Translations under genes and position numbers: made by a program | Notes under the pieces: generated by a model | Database searches by the model: none | The model's input: only the letters and a program-made list of their open reading frames with translations | What the model was told of the DNA's origin: nothing | NCBI GenBank assembly: GCA_036677365.1 | Contig: JAVBWN010000014.1 | Coordinates: forward strand, 1-64,000 | DNA: 64,000 nt | Reading direction: 5' to 3' | DNA from: Acholeplasma sp. | GTDB taxonomy: Bacteria > Bacillota_I > Bacilli_A > Acholeplasmatales > UBA5453 | Shown here: one piece after another, positions 56,602-64,000 of the stretch | Position numbering within the stretch: position 1 is the first letter of the stretch | Layout of the letters: each line of letters opens with the position of its first letter

Positions 56602-58730
56602 AATTAGGAGTTGATACTATGATGCCACAAATGGAAAACTACGATAAAGACCCGAATTTATTGGAAAAGTTTGGACGTAATATCGTTGAAGAAGTGAAAA
56701 AAGGTAAAATCGACCCTGTGATTGGACGTGAAGATGAAATCCGTCGAATGATCAAGATTTTATCGAGAAAAACCAAAAATAACCCTGTTTTGATTGGTGA
56801 ACCCGGGGTCGGTAAAACCGCAATCGTCGAAGGTCTCGCAAGACGCATTGTCGATAAAGATGTGCCGCTGGGTTTACAAAATAAAACGATTTATGAACTT
56901 GACTTGGCTGCGTTGGTGGCTGGGGCTAAATTTCGTGGTGAATTTGAAGAAAGACTGAAGGCGGTTTTGAATAAGATCAAAACTTCTGATGGCGACATCA
57001 TTTTATTCATCGATGAAATCCATACCATTGTCGGTGCCGGTCGTGCCGATGGGGCGATGGACGCTTCGAATATGTTAAAACCGATGCTTGCGCGCGGTGA
57101 ACTCCACTGCATAGGAGCTACCACACTCAATGAATACCGTAAATACATCGAAAAAGACACCGCCTTAGAAAGACGTTTTCAAAAGATCCAAATCGATGAA
57201 CCCACCGTACTAGATACCATTTCAATCTTAAGAGGCCTCAAAGACCGCTTTGAAGCCCACCACGGGGTTCATATTTCTGATAACGCGATTGTTTCTGCGG
57301 CTACCCTCTCTAACCGCTACATCACTGACCGCTTCTTACCCGATAAAGCAATCGATTTGATCGATGAAGCGTGTGCCTCCATCCGTATGGAAATCGACTC
57401 GATGCCGGTTGAACTCGACAGCGTGATGCGTAAAATCATGCAGCTAGAAATCGAAAAGAGCGCTTTATCGAAGGAATCCGATGCGTTATCGAAAGAACGT
57501 TTGAAAAAAATTGAGGATGAACTCATCGAACAACGCACCACGGAAAAGAAATATAAATCCCAATGGGAAAAAGAAAAATCTGAACTTCAAGCGGTGAAAC
57601 AGCTCAAACAAGATTTGGAAAACTTGAAGAATCAACTTCAGAATGCATTTAACCAATCCGATTACAGTACGGCCGCTGAACTTCAATATTCGAAAATTCC
57701 AAAACTCGAAAAACAAATTGAAGAGAAAACCAACAACACCCAAGAACGGATGATTTCAGAAGTCGTCACTGAAGATAACATCGCTGAAATCATTTCGAAA
57801 TGGACCCACATCCCTGTGGAAAAACTCGTTCAAGCCGATCGAGATAAATTACTACATTTGAAAGAACAGATGTCTTTACGCGTCATCGGTCAAGACCACG
57901 CACTCAAGCTCATCAGTGACGCGATTATCCGTCAACGTGCCGGGATTAAAGATGCGAATAAACCGATTGGTTCATTCATGTTCTTAGGACCTACCGGTGT
58001 GGGTAAAACCGAGGTAGCGCGAAGTTTGGCCGAAAATCTCTTTGACGATGAATCCCACATCGTTAGAATCGATATGTCTGAATACATGGAAAGACACAGC
58101 GTTTCTCGTTTGGTGGGTGCGCCACCAGGGTATGTGGGTTACGATGAAGGTGGCCAACTCACCGAAGCCGTTAGACGTAAACCCTATTCCATTGTTTTAT
58201 TTGATGAAATTGAAAAAGCCCACCCAGAAGTATTCAATATCCTCTTACAAATTCTTGACGATGGCCGTTTGACCGATAACCAAGGCAGAACGGTGGATTT
58301 TAAAAACACGATCATCATCATGACTTCTAACTTGGGTAGTGAATTCTTATTAAAGGATTTGGATAAAGGTAAAAACGAAGTGATGAACCTCGTGAAAGAA
58401 ACGTTTAAGCCAGAATTTTTAAACCGTATCGATGAAATCATCATTTTCAACCCACTCGGTTTCAACGTTCAAATCAAGATCGTCGATAAGATGTTATCGG
58501 ATTTACAAAAACGTTTAATGGATAAAGACATCAAAGTGTTATTCACAGAAGACTTAAAAAAATATATCTTAAAACATGGCTATTCGATGGAATATGGTGC
58601 GAGACCGATCAAACGTTTCATCTCCAAAGAACTTGAAACGTTCATCGCGATTCGTATCATTGAAGGCTTCATACAACCACACCAAGCTTATTCGGTGTCT
58701 GTGGTAGACGAACAATTAACCATAGCGTAA
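56595..58730 (+). CDS. clpB: ClpB disaggregase lacking the N-terminal domain; likely start 56619/56622
   Basis: Two AAA+ modules ([16 protein letters not shown]), M-domain coiled coil, GYVGY, GARP. Confidence 0.95.
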   Translation: MPKLGVDTMMPQMENYDKDPNLLEKFGRNIVEEVKKGKIDPVIGREDEIRRMIKILSRKTKNNPVLIGEPGVGKTAIVEGLARRIVDKDVPLGLQNKTIYELDLAALVAGAKFRGEFEERLKAVLNKIKTSDGDIILFIDEIHTIVGAGRADGAMDASNMLKPMLARGELHCIGATTLNEYRKYIEKDTALERRFQKIQIDEPTVLDTISILRGLKDRFEAHHGVHISDNAIVSAATLSNRYITDRFLPDKAIDLIDEACASIRMEIDSMPVELDSVMRKIMQLEIEKSALSKESDALSKERLKKIEDELIEQRTTEKKYKSQWEKEKSELQAVKQLKQDLENLKNQLQNAFNQSDYSTAAELQYSKIPKLEKQIEEKTNNTQERMISEVVTEDNIAEIISKWTHIPVEKLVQADRDKLLHLKEQMSLRVIGQDHALKLISDAIIRQRAGIKDANKPIGSFMFLGPTGVGKTEVARSLAENLFDDESHIVRIDMSEYMERHSVSRLVGAPPGYVGYDEGGQLTEAVRRKPYSIVLFDEIEKAHPEVFNILLQILDDGRLTDNQGRTVDFKNTIIIMTSNLGSEFLLKDLDKGKNEVMNLVKETFKPEFLNRIDEIIIFNPLGFNVQIKIVDKMLSDLQKRLMDKDIKVLFTEDLKKYILKHGYSMEYGARPIKRFISKELETFIAIRIIEGFIQPHQAYSVSVVDEQLTIA

Positions 58731-58731
58731 T

Positions 58732-58772
58732 AAAAAAAACTGACCTCATTTGGATATGAGCGTCAGTTTTTA
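58732..58772. terminator. Bidirectional terminator between clpB and the GH13 gene
   Basis: AAAAAAACTGAC-CTCAT...ATGAG-c-GTCAGTTTTT. Confidence 0.75.
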
Positions 58773-58778
58773 TTATGT

Positions 58779-60269
58779 TTATACGCGTTTGTATGGGGTA
58801 TAACTCTTTTCAGGTTGTGTCTTTGGTTTCAGTAACACAAACGATTTAGGTGCTAATTTGACTTGTAAGAGGCCAGCGATTAAGGATACTTGATCGATTT
58901 GACCTAAGATAACTTCAAACTTCGAATAATTCATTAATGAAGAATCTGGCACCAAGATGAATTCTTCTACTGCTACCTCAGTTGGATTGATTAAGATCAA
59001 GATTGTATCTGAAACATCATCGGTATGTCTTTCATAAGCAATCAGTTTGGATGAAATTAGTGGTAAGTAATCACCCACCATCAACGCTTTTTCTTGTTTA
59101 TGGACTTGAATCAATTGTTTGATCCAAACGAGTCTTGGGTTATCTTCTTTATATAAAGACCAATCCATTGGCGCACGGTTTTCTGGGTCATTCCCACCCG
59201 TCATACCAAGTTCTGAACCATAATATAGATTGGGTGACCCAGGGAATGTAAATTGAATCACTTCGGCGAGTCTTTGGTCTTTCTCATTCAAACGGTGGTT
59301 TAATCTCACCGTATCGTGGTTATCTAAGATGTTCCAAGATTTGAGTAACCCATCGATTCCACAATCTACAACCATCTTTTCTAACAAAGCATTGACTTCT
59401 TTCGGTGTAAATTTGTTTTCAACTGCGTGGAATGTAATTTCTCTTAAGGTGAAGTTCATCACACCATCCATGGCGTTTAACCAACGCTTTGGATAGTTCC
59501 AAGTCTCACCAACCACGAGGGCGGTTTCTTTTTCTTGGTGGGCATGGTTGGTTAAATCTTTTAGAATGTCATAGCCAATATCAAAAGCAACATCAAGCCT
59601 AAACCCATCGACCCCTTGTTTTAAGTAACTACGAATCACAGAGGACTCTTTTTTATAAATGTAGTCTTTCACCGCTTCATTTTCGAGATTGAGTTCAGGC
59701 AAGCTTTTCGCATCCGCCCAAAGTCTCACACCTTCTGGGTATTGTGCTCCAAAATAGAACCATGAACGATAGGGGGAATGTTCGTCCAACGCGCTTTGAA
59801 AATACGGTGAGTTCACACCCATGTGATTGAATACACCATCTAAAATTAAGCGCTGTCCTTGATTATGAAGCGCATCCGCTATTGCTTTTAAATCGTGGTG
59901 GTCCCCATATTCAGGTGATATCTTTAAATAATCCGAAGCGTCGTATTTGTGGTTGGATAAGGAATCAAAGATGGGATTGAGGTAAAGCATGTCGATGTCT
60001 AATGCTTTGAGGTAATCGAGCTTTTTCATTAAACTCTTGAGGTCGCCACCCCAAAACTCCAGTTCATGACTCCAGTACTTCGCATCCGGCATGAAGTGCC
60101 CACCTTTGGGTAAGGTATCCCAAGTTTTAAGGGAACGCGGGTAAGCGTATAAGTGTTTCTTCCCTTCTAAATTAGACGCAGGGACAAATCGGTCGACGAT
60201 GACTTGATAGACGATTCTCCCCATGTTTGGGTTTTTCAGTCTTTCATCGTATAGCCAAGGTTTTCTCAT
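58779..60269 (-). CDS. GH13 alpha-amylase family (neopullulanase/cyclomaltodextrinase-like)
   Basis: YQVIVDRF, GGDL, NHKYD, DGVFNH, GFRLDVA, GETW, NHD. Confidence 0.9.
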   Translation of the reverse strand: MRKPWLYDERLKNPNMGRIVYQVIVDRFVPASNLEGKKHLYAYPRSLKTWDTLPKGGHFMPDAKYWSHELEFWGGDLKSLMKKLDYLKALDIDMLYLNPIFDSLSNHKYDASDYLKISPEYGDHHDLKAIADALHNQGQRLILDGVFNHMGVNSPYFQSALDEHSPYRSWFYFGAQYPEGVRLWADAKSLPELNLENEAVKDYIYKKESSVIRSYLKQGVDGFRLDVAFDIGYDILKDLTNHAHQEKETALVVGETWNYPKRWLNAMDGVMNFTLREITFHAVENKFTPKEVNALLEKMVVDCGIDGLLKSWNILDNHDTVRLNHRLNEKDQRLAEVIQFTFPGSPNLYYGSELGMTGGNDPENRAPMDWSLYKEDNPRLVWIKQLIQVHKQEKALMVGDYLPLISSKLIAYERHTDDVSDTILILINPTEVAVEEFILVPDSSLMNYSKFEVILGQIDQVSLIAGLLQVKLAPKSFVLLKPKTQPEKSYTPYKRV

Positions 60270-60355
60270 AATACACCTTCTTTCGGTTATAGATTATACC
60301 ATCATTTGGATGGTTTTTTCCTCAGTGTTGGTTGAAACCCGATAAAAATCACAGA

Positions 60356-60967
60356 TCAAGACTTCAATTTGAGTGTATCAAAGAGGTATTGTTTGAGCTT
60401 AATAAAGCCAAGCCCAAACAACACCAATAATGGTAACATGACCACCAAATTCGTGACTAAAAATGACACAATCCCTTGGTTGGGATCCATGAACGGGTAA
60501 GGGTAATAGCTTGTAAATATACCGGTGATTTGAAACGTTATGAAGTATAAAAACGGGTGTAATAACAGCACATAAATCGATTGGACTTTAGGTCGATCTA
60601 AAACGAATATAAAATACAAAATCACGTATAAAATCGGTACGATGGTGTGGGTAACGAGCATGATGAATAGCTGTACTTCTGAAAATCCCACCACCAACTC
60701 ACGCAATAACAGATTATAAACAATACCTGTCAGTACGATGTCTAGCAGAGCGATGAGGGCGATTTTAGGAAACCATTTGGACTTGTCCCAGCCAAAGACC
60801 ATCAAAAAAGTCACGATGAAAACCAATAAGTTACTTTGATTGGTGAAATAACGGATGTTGTTTAGACCAAATTCCACGTAACTATAAAAAGTCCCGTACA
60901 TCGAAAAACCAAAAGCCAACATTAAAAGTATGAATTTAAATGAATATATGAAATAAGGTTTTAACAT
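60356..60967 (-). CDS. Pr6Pr-like membrane protein
   Basis: YFTNQSN, TGIVYNLLL, H..VP, YPYPFM. Confidence 0.75.
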   Translation of the reverse strand: MLKPYFIYSFKFILLMLAFGFSMYGTFYSYVEFGLNNIRYFTNQSNLLVFIVTFLMVFGWDKSKWFPKIALIALLDIVLTGIVYNLLLRELVVGFSEVQLFIMLVTHTIVPILYVILYFIFVLDRPKVQSIYVLLLHPFLYFITFQITGIFTSYYPYPFMDPNQGIVSFLVTNLVVMLPLLVLFGLGFIKLKQYLFDTLKLKS

Positions 60968-61033
60968 GAAAACACCCCTTTACACCATTATACTAGAAAA
61001 AAAACACCTTGAGTTATACCCAAGGTGGAAATA

Positions 61034-61585
61034 CTAAAATAAGTATAAAGTCATACCCAACACCGCACTGATGAGCACCAAATGGATCGGTGTGAGTTTT
61101 TTATAGAAGGATAACCCTAAGACAACAACAAAGATGATCAAGGCGATATAATCAAAATCCACACTAACAAAATAATCGCCTAGAATGCTATGAAGTAAGA
61201 CCGATAACCCCGCAGATAATATTAAACCCAAAATCACCGGTTTTAAGAATTTTAAGATGGTTTGAACCGGTTTGGTTTTAATGAATTTGTCCGAAAAATA
61301 CGCAATCAACAAAATGATGATAAAGCTTGGGAGTACTACCCCTAAGGTAGCGAATACCGAACCCCATACCCCATAGGTATGATACCCAGCGAAGGTTGCC
61401 ATATTGACAGCGAATGGCCCTGGGGTGGATTCTGCGATGCCGATGAACTGATTGACTTGGTCAATCGTTAAATAGCCACCATTGACCATTTCCTGGCGAA
61501 TGAGTGGAATCATCGCGTAACCCCCACCAAAGGTGAATAAACCGATTTTAAAGAAGATTAAAAAGAGTTCTAATAGTTCAATCAT
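61034..61585 (-). CDS. chrA: Short-chain chromate transporter subunit
   Basis: FFKIGLFTFGGGYAMI, ESTPGP. Confidence 0.88.
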   Translation of the reverse strand: MIELLELFLIFFKIGLFTFGGGYAMIPLIRQEMVNGGYLTIDQVNQFIGIAESTPGPFAVNMATFAGYHTYGVWGSVFATLGVVLPSFIIILLIAYFSDKFIKTKPVQTILKFLKPVILGLILSAGLSVLLHSILGDYFVSVDFDYIALIIFVVVLGLSFYKKLTPIHLVLISAVLGMTLYLF

Positions 61586-62136
61586 GCTTGCATTCTCCTT
61601 TCAATCGCGGTGTAGATCAAAGCGAATACCGCAGTCAAAATCAGCAATAAAACGACACTGAAATTGGTAAAGAAAGATACCACGAACGCAATCACCAACA
61701 ATACCCCGTTGATGAGGTTGATTTTAACTTTTTTAGAGAGTTTGAATAACGCATGAAAAATGAGTACAGGCACACCAGCCCCAATCCCAGCTAAAGCATT
61801 TTGGAGTGTGGTATTATCTGAGAATGCTTGTAAGAATAAAGATACCAATAAAATCACGATGAAGCTCGGTAACACGACACCTAGGGTTGCGAACAATGAC
61901 CCTAAAAACTTCGCTTTATGGTACCCAATATATGTCGCCCCATTGATGGCAAATGGCCCTGGGGTGGCTTCACTGATAGTGATGAGTTCTAACATGGTAT
62001 CTTCATCGATCCATTTCTTTTTTTCAACGATATCTTTTTGCATGACCCCAATCATCGCGTATCCCCCACCAAAGGTGAATAAGCCAATCTTGAAGAAGGT
62101 GCTGAAGATATCTAAATACATTTTTAGTTTAGTCAT
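61582..62136 (-). CDS. chrA: Short-chain chromate transporter subunit
   Basis: FFKIGLFTFGGGYAMI, EATPGP; tandem pair with the adjacent gene. Confidence 0.88.
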   Translation of the reverse strand: MTKLKMYLDIFSTFFKIGLFTFGGGYAMIGVMQKDIVEKKKWIDEDTMLELITISEATPGPFAINGATYIGYHKAKFLGSLFATLGVVLPSFIVILLVSLFLQAFSDNTTLQNALAGIGAGVPVLIFHALFKLSKKVKINLINGVLLVIAFVVSFFTNFSVVLLLILTAVFALIYTAIERRMQA

Positions 62137-62203
62137 AAAAAATACCTCGAAGTTTATTATACGCTTTTATGTCATTTTGTCAAAAAAAGAAGCGAATCGC
62201 TTC

Positions 62204-62617
62204 TCAATTGGCTTTGTCTTCTTTGAATAGATGATACGCATCGACAAATGGGATGAATAGGGGTGGTAACATCGCAGCTGTCGTTAAATTGGTCACCGTC
62301 GCACGTAAATAAGGATACAAGATATGAACCGCATCCTTCTTTAAGAATTCAATGATGTCTGCTTCCGATTCTTTCTCAAACTCAAAGACACCGCGTAAAG
62401 CGATGGTCATATTGAGTGGGTATTGGACATCTAAGGTGTCTTTGACCAAAAAGATCAGTTCAGTGAAAAAGACATTATCCGCCAACTTCCCTGTGTTTCT
62501 TGTGATGTGGTGGTTCAATTGATAGGTGCCACTCACATTCTTATTGACCAAATCCAATTTGGATATGACGATATTCATTCTTTTATAGGCGAGCATGGTA
62601 TCAACTCCTACTATCAT
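62204..62617 (-). CDS. SecB-like chaperone
   Basis: G.FEF...AVHILYPYLRATVTNLT....LPPL.IP. Confidence 0.75.
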   Translation of the reverse strand: MIVGVDTMLAYKRMNIVISKLDLVNKNVSGTYQLNHHITRNTGKLADNVFFTELIFLVKDTLDVQYPLNMTIALRGVFEFEKESEADIIEFLKKDAVHILYPYLRATVTNLTTAAMLPPLFIPFVDAYHLFKEDKAN

Positions 62618-62654
62618 TATATTATAAAAAAGAAAAACCCCGAAGGGTTTATCG

Positions 62655-63890
62655 TTAAATCACAAAGTTTCCGTTTTTAAAGACCACGACTTCTTGACCA
62701 TCGTGCTTAATGCCCACAATCGACATGTCGGCTGAACCAAACATGAAGTCAACATGAATTAAAGACTTGTTATAGCCTTTCTTTTCAAGTTCTTCAATTG
62801 GGGTATTTAAACCGCCTTGAATGTTCATTGGGTAGGCTCTACCTAACGCCATATGGCATGACGCATTTTCATCGTATAAGGTATTTAAGAATAATAAGTT
62901 GGTATTGGAAATTGGGGAATCATAGCTGATCAATGCAATCTCACCAATGTATCTGGAGTTTTCATCGGTATTGAGGAGTTCTTCTAAAGCCTTCTTTTCT
63001 TTTTTCGCATCAAATTCAACGACTTTACCGTCTTTGAAAATCAAATAGAAGTCTTCAATAAGTGTCCCTTGATAGTTGAGTGGTTTGGTTGCAACCACTT
63101 TACCAGAGGTTGCCCATTTGAGCGGCATCGTGAATGTTTCTTCGGTTGGGATGTTTGGATTGAAATAAACACCTGTGGTGGCGTGTTCTCCGCCACCCGA
63201 CCACACGTGGTTTTCAACCAAACCAACGACCAAGTCGGTACCTAGGCTGTTTTTAAAACGCAATTCTTTGAAGTTTAAGTCATTTAAGACTTTGTTGTGT
63301 TTGTGTAAGACATCGTTGTGTGCAGCCCAATTTTCAATTGGGTCAGAGTCTTCATAGACACGGCACGCATTGAAAATCGCGTCCCATAAAGCTTCGGTTG
63401 CTGCTTCACCTTTTAGATTTGGGAATACCGCTTCTGCCCATACTGGGTTCGATGCTGCAACAATCGTCCATTGACCTTTGTTGCCCATGGTGTATTCTCT
63501 TAAGAATGGTAAGGCTTTTTGTGTGCTGGTGAGGGCTTTGGCCATCTTCGTAGCGTCTACCCCTTCATTGACACCAATCACAGGTGAAATGACGTTTAAG
63601 AAGCACGCACCATTGTCTACATAGTATTGGTTGGTTTCAATGATGTAGTTCGGTACTTCTTCTAACGTTTCGACACTTTGGTAATCGTAAGCAAGTCTGG
63701 TGAGGTATTCATCGGACCATTGTACAATGACTTTCTTCGCGCCACATGCATAAGCTTCTTTAACAATCAAACGGGTGAGTTCTTTGGTTTCTGTGGTTGC
63801 ACGAACAACGACCAATTGGTCTTTTTGAACATTCACACCGACTTGACAAGCGAGTTTGGCGTATTTTTCTAATAATGATAGTTTTGGCAT
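62655..63890 (-). CDS. pepS: Aminopeptidase, M29 (AmpS/PepS, aminopeptidase II) family
   Basis: NIPTEETFT, GEIAL, LYDENASCHMALG.AY, SLIHVDFM. Confidence 0.9.
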   Translation of the reverse strand: MPKLSLLEKYAKLACQVGVNVQKDQLVVVRATTETKELTRLIVKEAYACGAKKVIVQWSDEYLTRLAYDYQSVETLEEVPNYIIETNQYYVDNGACFLNVISPVIGVNEGVDATKMAKALTSTQKALPFLREYTMGNKGQWTIVAASNPVWAEAVFPNLKGEAATEALWDAIFNACRVYEDSDPIENWAAHNDVLHKHNKVLNDLNFKELRFKNSLGTDLVVGLVENHVWSGGGEHATTGVYFNPNIPTEETFTMPLKWATSGKVVATKPLNYQGTLIEDFYLIFKDGKVVEFDAKKEKKALEELLNTDENSRYIGEIALISYDSPISNTNLLFLNTLYDENASCHMALGRAYPMNIQGGLNTPIEELEKKGYNKSLIHVDFMFGSADMSIVGIKHDGQEVVVFKNGNFVI

Positions 63891-64000
63891 AATTTTTTTC
63901 TCTCCTTGTTGCTAATTATAACACAAATAGACAAAAAACAAATAGTATGTTAAAATATATTTGACATTAACGTAACGTAAAGGTTTATACTGTAATTGGT

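Noticed and set aside
56236..58465. Overlapping alternative-frame ORFs around the nucleotidase and clpB
   Set aside because: Shadows of well-supported genes with no independent signals.
56619..58730. N-terminally short ClpB as a pseudogene
   Set aside because: Intact promoter, CIRCE, RBS and both AAA+ modules; N-domain-less ClpB is known in mollicutes.

Overview
Low-GC bacterial chromosome segment, most likely an Acholeplasmatales mollicute. This is inferred from code-11 usage with TGA as stop, a ClpB lacking its N-terminal domain under CIRCE control, and lipoprotein-rich host genes. Host genes occupy about 1-8.0 kb and 54.4-64 kb. Between them lies an apparently complete ~46 kb siphovirus-type prophage (about 8101-54374) inserted at the 3' end of tRNA-Cys(GCA), bounded by a 68-bp imperfect direct repeat. 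It carries two tandem large serine recombinases, a cI/cro-like switch, replication and methyltransferase genes, HK97-type head genes, a tail module with a -1 frameshift chaperone, and holin-like genes but no recognisable endolysin. Two unannotated layers stand out. (1) An ~11 kb block of co-oriented accessory/defence-like genes (R-M-like trio, ADP-ribosyltransferase-like protein, OLD nuclease, Ser/Thr kinase and others) is punctuated by a repeated 39-bp site with dif/Xer-like architecture (CATAA-N7-TTAT). The phage also encodes an otherwise unexplained Xer-like tyrosine recombinase, which suggests an integron-like cassette array inside a prophage. (2) A 19-bp box sits exactly 20 bp upstream of a -10 hexamer at three promoters (two late operons and the recombinase operon), suggesting one phage activator couples excision and morphogenesis. 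All product calls come from motifs and synteny read by eye; no database searches were run.
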